Part shown: in pieces, positions 9,160 to 19,100 of the stretch
Position numbering within the stretch: the stretch's first letter is position 1
Layout of the letters: every line of letters begins with the position of its first letter
DNA from: Candidatus Poseidoniales archaeon
GTDB taxonomy: Archaea; Thermoplasmatota; Poseidoniia; Poseidoniales; Poseidoniaceae
Assembly (NCBI GenBank): GCA_028283345.1
Contig: JAPOGE010000001.1
Span: 1-56,216 of the forward strand
DNA: 56,216 nt
Direction: 5' to 3'
Notes under the pieces: model-generated
The model's input: the letters and a program-made list of their open reading frames with translations, nothing else
Database searches by the model: none
Told to the model about the DNA's origin: nothing
Translations under genes and position numbers: made by a program

Positions 9160-10737
9160 ATGGCATCTGTGAGTTTCTCCGACCTCGGCATCGAGCGCCG
9201 CTTGGTTCACCTGCTCGAGCAGCAGGGAATCACTGAACCCTTTGAGGTTCAGCGGGAATCGATTCCCGATGGAATGCTCGGTCGAGATATCTGTTGCCGA
9301 GCCCCGACCGGCTCGGGTAAGACCCTGGCCTTCGGGTTGCCGCTTATCTCTCGATGCCGGCGAGCTCGACCGCACCTGCCGACCTCACTCATCCTGACCC
9401 CGACCCGTGAGTTGGCCGAGCAGATCTGCTCGGTACTCAACCCCCTCGCCCGAGAACTTGACCTCAAGGTATTGACAATTTACGGCGGCACCTCATACGT
9501 GAAACAACGCCGCGCCCTTGAGCGCGGCGTCGATATCGTCGTCGCCTGCCCGGGGCGATTGCTCGATTTGATGCACAATGGGGTTCTCGGTTTGGAAGAT
9601 GTCGACATCGCGGTGATAGATGAGGCTGACCGCATGGCTGATATGGGATTCATGGAGCCGGTGTGTGAGATTCTCGACCACTGTTCGAATGAGCGGCAAA
9701 CCATCCTCTTCAGTGCGACCTTGGACGAGGAAGTCGACGACATCGTTGCCAACTACATGTACGAGGCGGTGACCATCGAAGTTGGGCCGAAAGAGGTCAG
9801 CATGGATACCATGCAACACATATCCTGGCTGATACGAAGTAATATGAAATCTGAAATCGCCCGCGAAGCGGTGCGTAAATGTGGTCGCAGTATCATCTTC
9901 TGTCGCACAAGAGCTGGGGTCGATCGAGTCGGCTACGACTTCAATGATAATGGCTTGAGCGCCGCCGTCCTGCACGGCGGGCTGTCGCAACGTGAGCGTA
10001 ACCGGGCGATGCAGAGATTCAGCGATGGTGAGTGTATTGCCATGATCGCCACCGATGTGGCGGCGCGTGGTATCGATATCCAAGATGTCGCCTGTATTAT
10101 TCATTACGACCCACCCGAGAATGGCAAGGCGTACAAACATCGCAGTGGAAGAACCGCCCGCGCCGGGGCGAAAGGCATCGTCATCTCACTGGTGCAGAAA
10201 CCACAGAAGAAGAAATTCATCGGAATGCAGAGGAGTTTCGGCGTCCATTGTGAGTTCACCCCACCTGACTTCGGAGTTCTGCCGGAGACCGAAATTGGAT
10301 ACTTCCCGCCTCCCCAGGGGAATAGCAGTTCTAAAAACAACTCCTCGCGCCGAAACGGTCGCTATGGCGGGCGCAACGGCAACCGCAATGATGGACGAAA
10401 TGGCAACCGCAACGGCGGACGAAACGAAAACCGCAACGGTGGGCGTCGAAACGGCGGTCGCAACAATAACCACAGCGATGGTGGCCAACGCAACGGCGGT
10501 CGCAATGGCGGTCAGCGTAAGTACCCCAGCCGAAATAATCACAATAACCGGAGTAGAAAAAGTGGCCGAGGTGGCCAGCGAAATGGTGGGCAACAATATA
10601 ATCACCGCGATGGTGGTGATGAGCACAATGACGATAGCGGACGCAACAGCCACCGCAATGGCCACAGGGATGGCGGCCAGCGCAATAGCCAGCACAAGAA
10701 CAAAGGTCAGCGAAATTATTCTCGCCGCCAACATTAA
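9160..10737 (+). CDS. DEAD-box ATP-dependent RNA helicase with an N/G/R-rich disordered tail
   Basis: APTGSGKT, PTRELA, DEAD, SAT, ARGID and HRSGRTAR motifs; C-terminal about 140 aa of RNGG repeats. Confidence 0.96.
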   Translation: MASVSFSDLGIERRLVHLLEQQGITEPFEVQRESIPDGMLGRDICCRAPTGSGKTLAFGLPLISRCRRARPHLPTSLILTPTRELAEQICSVLNPLARELDLKVLTIYGGTSYVKQRRALERGVDIVVACPGRLLDLMHNGVLGLEDVDIAVIDEADRMADMGFMEPVCEILDHCSNERQTILFSATLDEEVDDIVANYMYEAVTIEVGPKEVSMDTMQHISWLIRSNMKSEIAREAVRKCGRSIIFCRTRAGVDRVGYDFNDNGLSAAVLHGGLSQRERNRAMQRFSDGECIAMIATDVAARGIDIQDVACIIHYDPPENGKAYKHRSGRTARAGAKGIVISLVQKPQKKKFIGMQRSFGVHCEFTPPDFGVLPETEIGYFPPPQGNSSSKNNSSRRNGRYGGRNGNRNDGRNGNRNGGRNENRNGGRRNGGRNNNHSDGGQRNGGRNGGQRKYPSRNNHNNRSRKSGRGGQRNGGQQYNHRDGGDEHNDDSGRNSHRNGHRDGGQRNSQHKNKGQRNYSRRQH

Positions 10738-10769
10738 CCCCGGGATAATTAGCCTATCAGGCGAATTAT

Positions 10770-11984
10770 TCAGAGGTAGAAGTCACTCTGTAAGGTGAGT
10801 CCCGGCTCGACCGCATACTCCGAGAAATCGGTTATTCCAATCTGCCGGAGGGAACTTTCGTCGGTGTGGAAATTTCCGCTGTGCTCAGTTGGGCGCGATA
10901 GAATCTCAAAGGCCGAGTCGGCACAGATTTTCGGCTTACGACTACGCCGTGCCATCTCATCACCACCTAGAGCCTTGTTCAATCTGACCGCGGCCGTGTC
11001 GATGGTGGTCGCCGGCCACATAGCATTGATGGCGATTCCATCGGCGGCCAATTCGGCTGAAAGGCCGAGCACAATCATCGACATACCGTATTTCGACAAA
11101 GTGTAGGCAAGCGTCCCATCAAGCCATTTTGGCTCTAGTGAGATCGGTGGAGCGAGCACTAGAATACGCCCCATATCAGAGGCGCGCAAAGCCGGTAGAG
11201 CCGCCTGGCATAGTGCGAAGGTGGCGCGCACGTTGACTTGGTGCACCAGATCATAGCGTTTCATCGGTGTCTGCTCAAAAGAGGCGATGAATAACGCTCC
11301 AGCATTACAGACGACGGCATCGATGCCGCCGAAACGCTTCACCGCCGCCTCTACCGCATGGTTCAGCGCGATGTCATCCCGCACATCGGTCGCAACGCAC
11401 AGAGCTGTGCCACCCAGCGCCTCAACCTCGGCTTTGCTTTCATTCAAGGTGCCTGGAATGTCGTCCGGTCCTTCACCGGAGTCCAGTGTCCTACCGAGCA
11501 GTACAAGATTGGCGCCGGCTTGAGCGAATCGCATGGCGATGGCCTTGCCGATTCCGCGACTGGCGCCACTGATTAGCACGGTTTTTCGGTGCCAGTCACT
11601 GATTCGTCCAGACTCATTCAGGATATCTTCACCCAATGCCTCGCCCGATAGTTCGGCCACACCATTGCCAAAGCCATTTGCCGAACCAGAAGATGGGGCG
11701 GCGCTGGATGGCTCGGCACCGGAATCACCACTCATGCACTCTTCCTCAACCAGTTCGATGTAGCTTGACATTGCTTCATCACTCGACATTCCCGCGCGTT
11801 TTTTCCATGCTTTCCACTTGGCCGCCGCGACCATGCCCTCAGCGATTGGCAGCTGTCCTTGCACATCACCTTTTTTCGCCTGTTTGTAGAGCGAATACAA
11901 GCGTAGCAATGTAGCATCATCAGGCTTCTGAGTGAGGGTTTTGATTCGGCGAGCCGCCTTCTCAAAGGAACGTGATTGGCTCAA
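10770..11984 (-). CDS. Acyl-CoA-binding protein (ACBP) domain fused to an HSDL2-like short-chain dehydrogenase
   Basis: ACBP motif LRLYSLYKQAKKGD...AKWKAWKKRAGMSSDEAMSSYIELV; SDR motifs SGASRGIG and YTLSK. TTG start at 11984 overlaps the upstream TGA. Confidence 0.88.
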   Translation of the reverse strand: MSQSRSFEKAARRIKTLTQKPDDATLLRLYSLYKQAKKGDVQGQLPIAEGMVAAAKWKAWKKRAGMSSDEAMSSYIELVEEECMSGDSGAEPSSAAPSSGSANGFGNGVAELSGEALGEDILNESGRISDWHRKTVLISGASRGIGKAIAMRFAQAGANLVLLGRTLDSGEGPDDIPGTLNESKAEVEALGGTALCVATDVRDDIALNHAVEAAVKRFGGIDAVVCNAGALFIASFEQTPMKRYDLVHQVNVRATFALCQAALPALRASDMGRILVLAPPISLEPKWLDGTLAYTLSKYGMSMIVLGLSAELAADGIAINAMWPATTIDTAAVRLNKALGGDEMARRSRKPKICADSAFEILSRPTEHSGNFHTDESSLRQIGITDFSEYAVEPGLTLQSDFYL

Positions 11985-13087
11985 GAAGAAGCCTCCGGAC
12001 CACTTTCCCGGCTTGGCTCCAGGAAAGGGCCAAGGTGTGGGTGTAACCATTGTTCCAGAGTTCTCCGTCGGATGGAACTATCCGTAGTCGGGCTGTGCTC
12101 ATGCCCTTTCAGCAGGTACGAAGTGCATAGGTCATCATCGACATGTTGCATCAGCAGGTCATGGTGGGCGGTTCCGAGGCGTGAATCGTTCTCGGCCTGC
12201 AGTACCAACATCTCCACCTTCGGCATTCCGAAATGAGGTACTTGCGAGTTGGCATAACGAATATTCAAATCGGGGTGGATACGCTCAAACTCACGCCGCA
12301 GAATTTGCCGAACCCAGCCCCTCAATGGTTGCAGTAATGGGTGGATCTCTGATTCTATTAACATCGGAAAAGAAGAGGCTGGACTTTCAAGCATGAGGCC
12401 TTGAAGTCGCTCGGCCCACCATCCAGAGGGACGGGAAGCGAGCCGCATTCCGATGAATCCACCGACGCTATGACCGTATATCCACACCTTCTCGACAGGC
12501 TCCTCATACCTCTCGACCACCGATTCCAATAGGGCTTCGGCATCGGCGACCACTTTGAGAAGGGTCCAGTCCTGACGTAGGTCACAATGCCCATGGCCGC
12601 GCATATCCATTCCCACCACATCCAGGCCGAGTTCAACCAAGTGCTCGATGCGTGACTCGTTATTTGACAGGGATGAACCATATCCGTGCAGATAGAGAAC
12701 CAATCCTTTCGGCTTGTCATTGGGCTCTGCCTCGGCGCGCAGATGACGACCGGTCAGGGTTGAATTCCCCCAGCCTTTGAAGCGAAATATCTCCCAATGT
12801 GGATTGGTCAAACTCGATGGTGGGCAAAACGGTGAGGTCAGTATCTTCCGCAGTATTATCATGCGAAGGGTAAGCCAGGCCGCCACCGGTAGTGATGCCC
12901 CCAATAGCACCCAAGCGATGGTCAGTCCGCGCCATGTCGGAAGAGCGATGAGAGCGAGTAACTCAAGGGCTAGTAAAAACGTGCCAAAATATGGTAAAGT
13001 CAGCCACCCGGGTGGTATACTGGCCTTGTAGGACGCAGCCCCCTGCGTTCGATTACTGTGCTTATGAGTGGCGTGCGAGATGCTCAA
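11981..13087 (-). CDS. Membrane-anchored alpha/beta hydrolase (lipase/lysophospholipase-like)
   Basis: Two N-terminal TM helices, LHGYG, DMRGHG, GHSVG nucleophile elbow and a C-terminal His. Confidence 0.85.
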   Translation of the reverse strand: MSISHATHKHSNRTQGAASYKASIPPGWLTLPYFGTFLLALELLALIALPTWRGLTIAWVLLGASLPVAAWLTLRMIILRKILTSPFCPPSSLTNPHWEIFRFKGWGNSTLTGRHLRAEAEPNDKPKGLVLYLHGYGSSLSNNESRIEHLVELGLDVVGMDMRGHGHCDLRQDWTLLKVVADAEALLESVVERYEEPVEKVWIYGHSVGGFIGMRLASRPSGWWAERLQGLMLESPASSFPMLIESEIHPLLQPLRGWVRQILRREFERIHPDLNIRYANSQVPHFGMPKVEMLVLQAENDSRLGTAHHDLLMQHVDDDLCTSYLLKGHEHSPTTDSSIRRRTLEQWLHPHLGPFLEPSRESGPEASS

Positions 13088-14856
13088 AAACTCGCCTCCG
13101 GGAATTTCATCAGATGCTTGTGGCCGGCCTGCACCTTGGCGGCAAGTCCAACGTTATCGGGCAGGATCTCGGCGAAGAATACGTCTGCCAGCCTGAGTTT
13201 GGCATCGTAGAACGAATCCTCAATCCCCGCCGCTTTCGCATCGAGGCTGACACGCGCCATGCGCGCCCACATGTAGGCGAGCATCGTGTTGCCGAAGTAA
13301 GTGCAGTAATCGGTCGCACCCGCGGCGAGGAAGTGAGGGTTGCCCATCCCTTCGGCTACCATCAGCAGGGTGAGTTGTTGTAGTCCACGCACGCTCTGGT
13401 GCAGCGGTTTGGTGTACCTCGCCATCGCCGGATCATCACGATTCTCCTCAATGAACTCAACAAGGGGCCACATCAGGCTACGCAGGTTCCTACCGAAGTC
13501 CTGAGTAATCTTGCGCCCTGCGAGATCGAGTGCCTGAATGCCGTTCGTGCCTTCCCATATCGGTGCGATTCGAACGTCTCGATAAAATTGCTCGACACCG
13601 TATTCGCTGCAGTAGCCCGCCCCGCCCATGACCTGGATGGCGAGACTACAGGTCTCACAACCAAGATCGGTACCGAGCGCCTTGATCACGGGGGTCAACA
13701 GGGCGATGAGCGCTGTCGCATGAACCTTGGATTCCTCATCCCCTCGGTGCATTTCATCTAGCAGCGTACCAATCCATGTGCCCAAGGCGCGAATGCCTTC
13801 GTTATTCGCCTTCATCTTCAGCAACATGCGCCGAACGTCAGGATGGACGAGAATCGTGTCGGCTTTCTCATGGAGATCCTTGACTCCCCTCAGGTCGCGT
13901 CCCTGTCGGCGCTCGACGCACCAGTCGAGGGAATTCTGGTAGGCGACCTCGCCGAGTCCTAGACCCATCATTCCGGTTGCAAGGCGTTCGCGATTCATCA
14001 TCTCGAACATCAGGCTCATACCGCTGTTGGCCTCACCGATCAACCAGCCGACGCTCGCATCGAAATTGAGCACACAGGTCGGACTGCCATGCAGCCCCAT
14101 CTTCTCCTCGATTCCCGAACAGGATATACCGTTCACGTTATCCTCATCAGGTAGATATTTCGGAACCAGGAAGAGTGAGATGCCGCGACTTCCCTCAGGG
14201 GCATCTGGCAATTTCGCCAGCACCATGTGGATTATATTGTCGGAGAGATCATGCTCGCCAGAGGTGATGAACATCTTCGTGCCGGTGAGGCTGTAGGAAC
14301 CATCGTCCAACGAAACGGCCTTGGTGCGTATCATGCCGAGGTCGGTGCCCGCATGAGGCTCGGTCAAGCACATCGTGCCACACCATCTCCCACTCGCGAC
14401 CTTCTCCGCATAGGTGTCGATGAGGTGCGCTTCGCCATGGGTGGTCAGCAGGTCGTAGACACCGAGGCCTAACGCAGAGACGACGGAAAGGGCCATGTTC
14501 GCTGAGATGGCGAATTCATCCATCGCGTTGCGGAAGAACAACGGACATTCCATGCCCCCGTGCTCGACCTTGGCGGCGGCAGCGAACCAACCACCTGCGG
14601 TGGTCAGATCCCAAGCATCCTTGAAGCCCGGAGGCATCGTGACCTGCCCATTTTCGTAAATGCAGCCGAACTTATCGCCATCCATGTTGGTTGGCAACCA
14701 GGTTGTGCGCATCAGCTCACCCCATTCCTCCAGCATCATGTCAATCGTGTCGCGGTCCCAATCCTCGTAACCGAGTCGCTCAGAGATATCAGTGACTTGG
14801 AAAACCTCGTGGAAGAGGAAGGTGTAGTCGCGCAGCGGTGCATCGTATCGAACCAT
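13084..14856 (-). CDS. Acyl-CoA dehydrogenase (about 590-aa type)
   Basis: GTMCLTEPHAGTDLG, GTKMFITSG, EEKMGLHGSPTC and IWEGTNGIQALDL motifs. Confidence 0.96.
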   Translation of the reverse strand: MVRYDAPLRDYTFLFHEVFQVTDISERLGYEDWDRDTIDMMLEEWGELMRTTWLPTNMDGDKFGCIYENGQVTMPPGFKDAWDLTTAGGWFAAAAKVEHGGMECPLFFRNAMDEFAISANMALSVVSALGLGVYDLLTTHGEAHLIDTYAEKVASGRWCGTMCLTEPHAGTDLGMIRTKAVSLDDGSYSLTGTKMFITSGEHDLSDNIIHMVLAKLPDAPEGSRGISLFLVPKYLPDEDNVNGISCSGIEEKMGLHGSPTCVLNFDASVGWLIGEANSGMSLMFEMMNRERLATGMMGLGLGEVAYQNSLDWCVERRQGRDLRGVKDLHEKADTILVHPDVRRMLLKMKANNEGIRALGTWIGTLLDEMHRGDEESKVHATALIALLTPVIKALGTDLGCETCSLAIQVMGGAGYCSEYGVEQFYRDVRIAPIWEGTNGIQALDLAGRKITQDFGRNLRSLMWPLVEFIEENRDDPAMARYTKPLHQSVRGLQQLTLLMVAEGMGNPHFLAAGATDYCTYFGNTMLAYMWARMARVSLDAKAAGIEDSFYDAKLRLADVFFAEILPDNVGLAAKVQAGHKHLMKFPEASF

Positions 14857-14869
14857 TCCAATCTTCTCC

Positions 14870-17260
14870 TCAATTTCGAAGTGGCTTCCCCTTGGCTAAC
14901 ATATGTTCCATGCGCGCCAGCGTCGCTTCTTGGCGGGAGAGAGATATAATCGCCTCACGCTCTAATTTGAGGATGTCATCTTCGCTGAGAGTTCGGGTCA
15001 CGTCAGCGGAATCACCACCGGAAAGGACTCTCGCTAATTCACCGATGACTGTGACATCGTGTGGGGTTGCCTTGCCCGACAAGGCAAGGTCGGAGAGAGC
15101 CATCTCAAGGGCAACTCGTCCCGAACTACCCGGCAAAACATAGGTGTGTGGCTCAGGAGGGGAATAATCCTCGGCCAATTCAAGTAGAAGCGTTTTAGCA
15201 TCGGCTAACAGCCGGTCTCGATTCATGCTGATTCTATCGCTCGGCCGAAGAAATCCGAGGGCGCGCGCCTGTTCGGCCGATTTTGCAACTTTGGCCAGGC
15301 CAATGGTCTCAAATGCTTGCATCGGCGCTCCCATTGGACCGCCGGTGGAGAGCCCGAATTCGGGCAGGCGAGCGAGGATCTCCTTGCAACCGCCCCATGC
15401 AGGGATTATTCCGACACCAACCTCGACCAGACCGATGTATGATTCAGAGTGTGCCTGCACTGCGTCACTATGCAATAGTACCTCACAGCCACCGCCCAGA
15501 CACATTCCCGATGCCGCGGAAACCACTGGTACCTCGGCGAACTTCAAGGCCTGATACGCCTGCTGTCCCAGTGAGATGAAACCCTCGAGTTCCTGCCACG
15601 CTCCGAGGTTAGCAGCAAAAAGTGCAAGACCGAGATTAGCGCCGGCACAGAAGTGCTGAGCATCGTTACCGATGAGAATTCCGCGCCACCCATCGCTCTC
15701 GGCAAGGTCGACCGCGGCGAGTAGCATTTCCAAGCTATTGGGGTCAATGGTGTTCATCTTAGAGTGATATTCGACCAGTAGTATGCCATCACCAGCATCC
15801 CACAGGCTGGCACTTCCATTACGCTTTATTGCTCTACCTTGGCGGCGCTTGAGGTCGGCAACGGTGAAGGTCTCTGCCGGGCGCTCGACCAGAATATGGG
15901 TGCCGTCATTGGTCAATCTGGTCAATTCGTTTTCCGCAACCGCATGGAAACCACCAGCACTGACCGCCAACTGAAGTATTTCAGGTACTTTACGGCCTGC
16001 CGCTTCGAGTTCGTTGACCAGCCACTCAGCGCCGATAGCATCGATCATCTCAAAGGGACCTTGCTTCCAATTGTAGCCTACTCGCATTGCCCCGTCAATG
16101 GCTGAGATATCATCGCTCACCTCAGGCACCAAGCCAGCAGCATAGGCGAGGGTATCGATGAGAATCTCCTTGACGAATTGTGCACCTGCATCACCGTGCT
16201 CAAATAGTCGGGAGAGTCCCTGCTTAGCGATTTTTGCTGAAGGATGGGCGGCCCTACGATTGGCCGGAGCATATTCACCGGTCTTCAGGTTACGCGCCTC
16301 CTTGATGCGTTGACCACCTTCGGTGTTGAGGCGATAGAATCCCCCTTTGCCCTTTCGGCCAGTGTAGCCATCGGCAATCATCGTCTCGATGATTTCGCCA
16401 CCGAACCCTGCAATCTCGTGTAGAGCATCGGTGGCCGGCAGGAGTTCGACCATATTGGCAATCACATTCGGTACCAGGTCGATTCCGACCAAGTCCATCA
16501 ATCCGAAGACCCCGGTCTTCGGCATTCCCAGTGGCAGGCCGAGCATCGCGTCGGCCTGCTCGACGGTGAAACCGTGTTCAAGGGTGGCGGCAATCGCCCT
16601 CTGAACGAAATAGATACCGAGTCGATTACCGATGAAACCGGGTGTATCATTGCATATGGTTACGCGCTTTCCCAGACTCTGTTCGGCGAAGCACTGGAAA
16701 CGCGCCATGACCTTTTCACTGACCTCTTCACCCCCAACCACCTCAAGCAGCGGGAGATATCTGGGAGGGTTGAAAAAATGTGTTATCAGGAATCGCGAGG
16801 CTAGAGATGCCTCCATCCCGACGATGAGTTCCACGCGAGGCAGAGTGCTGGTATTCGAAGACAGAATCGCCGTCTCTGATAGATGTTCAGCGATATTGGC
16901 ATAGACCTTGCGCTTGATATCCACCCTCTCAACGACCACCTCGATGACCCAGTCACAGTCGGCGAGCAGTTCCAGGTCATCCTCTAGATTTCCGGCGGTG
17001 ATTCGCCCGGCAAAGTCTGGATGCATCAGCACCTCGGGGTTCGCCGTAGCCATCTCTTCAAGTGCCTTCAGGGCCAGAACATTTCGCTCCTGTGCCCCTT
17101 TTGGGACGATGTCCATCAGCAGTACTTCACAGCCGGCATTGGCGCAGTGAGCGGCGATTCCGGCACCCATCACCCCACTACCGATAACCGCGACACGGCG
17201 AATACTATTCTCTTGTTGAGTTGGCTCAATATAATTCTGGGGGAATACCGCTATCGACAT
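14870..17260 (-). CDS. 3-hydroxyacyl-CoA dehydrogenase / enoyl-CoA hydratase (FadN-like domain order)
   Basis: VIGSGVMGAGIA, SSNTS, HFFNPPRY and DTPGFIGNR; C-terminal crotonase motifs FCAGANL, LGGGCE and GLVEVGVG. Confidence 0.95.
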   Translation of the reverse strand: MSIAVFPQNYIEPTQQENSIRRVAVIGSGVMGAGIAAHCANAGCEVLLMDIVPKGAQERNVLALKALEEMATANPEVLMHPDFAGRITAGNLEDDLELLADCDWVIEVVVERVDIKRKVYANIAEHLSETAILSSNTSTLPRVELIVGMEASLASRFLITHFFNPPRYLPLLEVVGGEEVSEKVMARFQCFAEQSLGKRVTICNDTPGFIGNRLGIYFVQRAIAATLEHGFTVEQADAMLGLPLGMPKTGVFGLMDLVGIDLVPNVIANMVELLPATDALHEIAGFGGEIIETMIADGYTGRKGKGGFYRLNTEGGQRIKEARNLKTGEYAPANRRAAHPSAKIAKQGLSRLFEHGDAGAQFVKEILIDTLAYAAGLVPEVSDDISAIDGAMRVGYNWKQGPFEMIDAIGAEWLVNELEAAGRKVPEILQLAVSAGGFHAVAENELTRLTNDGTHILVERPAETFTVADLKRRQGRAIKRNGSASLWDAGDGILLVEYHSKMNTIDPNSLEMLLAAVDLAESDGWRGILIGNDAQHFCAGANLGLALFAANLGAWQELEGFISLGQQAYQALKFAEVPVVSAASGMCLGGGCEVLLHSDAVQAHSESYIGLVEVGVGIIPAWGGCKEILARLPEFGLSTGGPMGAPMQAFETIGLAKVAKSAEQARALGFLRPSDRISMNRDRLLADAKTLLLELAEDYSPPEPHTYVLPGSSGRVALEMALSDLALSGKATPHDVTVIGELARVLSGGDSADVTRTLSEDDILKLEREAIISLSRQEATLARMEHMLAKGKPLRN

Positions 17261-18403
17261 TCACTCCACCTTCTCCAGCACCGTCGCGATTCCCTGCCCA
17301 CCACCGATACACATCGTCGCCAGTGCGGTACGGTATCCATTGCGGGATAGGATTGTGGCGGCACGACCGACAATTCGCGCTCCTGAAGCGCCGAGGGGAT
17401 GACCGAGTGCCAGCGCTCCACCATCGATATTGACCTTGGCAACATCGAGGCCCAATTCCTCGATGACCGCCAACGATTGCGCCGCGAAAGCCTCGTTCAA
17501 CTCGATGACATCGATATCTTCAAGGCCGACCCCGCCCCGCTCCAGTGCCTTCATGGTGGCCTCGACCGGCCCTATTCCCATCACTTCGGGGGCGCAGCCG
17601 GAAATCGCCACGCTGAGAATGCGCGCCATCGGGGTCAAGCCATGCCGCTGGGCGAATACTTCTGAACAGACCAGCACGAATGCGGCGCCATCGGTGAATG
17701 GGGATGAAGTACCTGCCGTCACTGAGCCATTCTCGATGAAGGCCGGGCGCAATTTTGCCAAGGTAGCGACATCACTCTGGGCACGAATACAACCGTCTTC
17801 GCTGACAATTCCATCCTCGGTCTCAATCGGTATGATGACCTCGCTGAATGCTCCTGCCTGACTAGCTATCACGGCACGCTGATGGCTTGCGACCGCGAAT
17901 TCCTCCTGCTCCTCGCGCGATATCTCATAGACCGAGGCGAGATTCTCTGCGGTCACCCCCATGTTAGTGAATACCTCGGGCTGCTGCCTCGCCAGGCGCG
18001 GATTGGGAAGAGGATTGAATCCAGACATCGGAATCCGGGTCATCGATTCGACACCACCGGCGATGAAGGCATCACCAGCACCGAGCGCGACACGGCCGGC
18101 GGCATCGTGAATCGCCTGCATCGACGAGCCGCAGAAGCGGTTGATGGTCACGCCACCGACCGAGACCGGCAGGTCGGCGAGGAACCCGACCATCCGGCCG
18201 AGGTTGAAACCCTGCTCTCCTTCGGGGAAGGCACAGCCGACCAGAACATCTTCTATGAGCGCCGGGTCGAGGGCGATTTTGTCGAGCAATCCCTTGATTA
18301 CCGCGGCGGCGATATCATCGGGACGAGCTGTTGCCAAGCCACCTTTATTGGCTGGGGTGAAGGGTGAACGAGCGAAGCCACAGATTACAGGTTTTGACGG
18401 CAT
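17261..18403 (-). CDS. fadA: Acetyl-CoA C-acyltransferase (thiolase)
   Basis: NRFCGSS, NEAFA, GHPLGASG and MCIGGGQG motifs. Start reassigned to MPSKP at 18403. Confidence 0.95.
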   Translation of the reverse strand: MPSKPVICGFARSPFTPANKGGLATARPDDIAAAVIKGLLDKIALDPALIEDVLVGCAFPEGEQGFNLGRMVGFLADLPVSVGGVTINRFCGSSMQAIHDAAGRVALGAGDAFIAGGVESMTRIPMSGFNPLPNPRLARQQPEVFTNMGVTAENLASVYEISREEQEEFAVASHQRAVIASQAGAFSEVIIPIETEDGIVSEDGCIRAQSDVATLAKLRPAFIENGSVTAGTSSPFTDGAAFVLVCSEVFAQRHGLTPMARILSVAISGCAPEVMGIGPVEATMKALERGGVGLEDIDVIELNEAFAAQSLAVIEELGLDVAKVNIDGGALALGHPLGASGARIVGRAATILSRNGYRTALATMCIGGGQGIATVLEKVE

Positions 18404-18534
18404 ATGTATTTCTAAACCGGTGTAATAATTAAACCATCTAGTATTATTATTGACATTAACTATTTTCTCCAACACCAAGTGTTGACAATAACAGCCGACC
18501 CCCAATCTGGGTATTTGCGACAACCTCTCGATTC
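18404..18534 (-). promoter_or_regulatory. AT-rich promoter of the beta-oxidation operon with repeated operator-like boxes
   Basis: TTTAAT TATA-like element about 25-30 nt before the thiolase ATG. Direct repeat TATTGACATTAAC (18448-18460) / TGTTGACAATAAC (18480-18492). Palindrome CAACAC-CAA-GTGTTG (18470-18484). Confidence 0.55.
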
Positions 18535-18981
18535 TCACAGGTGTAATGGCCGCACCGGGTCGTCAATCCATTCCCTGTCATTCTTCCAGTCATAATCCGG
18601 GCGGTCGACATACAACTCCAACTCATTGCCATCGGGGTCACGTATGTACAGGCTGTGGGTTATCACGTGGTCGCTCATTCCTTCTATGGGAATTTCCCTT
18701 TCCTCCAACTCTTTCTTGGCGCGAACCAGTTGCTCGGTGGTATCGCCGATGCACCACCCAATGTGATACAAGCCGATTCTGCGGCCTCGTGGTGGCCCCG
18801 GTGCATCGCCGACCTCGATTAACAGGAGTTCGTGATGGGTGCGTCCGCTGGTCAAGAGGGCGGCTCGACCGTGGAAGATCTCACCGTAGGTGGAAAGTCC
18901 CAGCACATCGGCATAGAATTGTACCGAAGTCGGTAGATCCTTGACATAAAGCACGACGTGGCCGAGATGTTTGATTCGCAT
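18535..18981 (-). CDS. VOC/glyoxalase family protein (catechol-2,3-dioxygenase-like)
   Basis: LGHVVLYV, GLYHIGW and SLYIRDPDGNELELY motifs. Confidence 0.9.
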   Translation of the reverse strand: MRIKHLGHVVLYVKDLPTSVQFYADVLGLSTYGEIFHGRAALLTSGRTHHELLLIEVGDAPGPPRGRRIGLYHIGWCIGDTTEQLVRAKKELEEREIPIEGMSDHVITHSLYIRDPDGNELELYVDRPDYDWKNDREWIDDPVRPLHL

Positions 18982-19100
18982 CAATACCCGTTTCCTCTCG
19001 AATTATTAAGAGATAACCACGCTTTGACCGAACTGGCCGGAGAAGAGTTCAGTTCGCTTCCGCAGATTATTAGCGCCCACCAATAGAGACGCAGGAGATT

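Noticed and set aside
10055..10798. 247-aa plus-strand and 182-aa antisense ORFs over the helicase tail
   Set aside because: They are stop-free by-products of the low-complexity RNGG codons.
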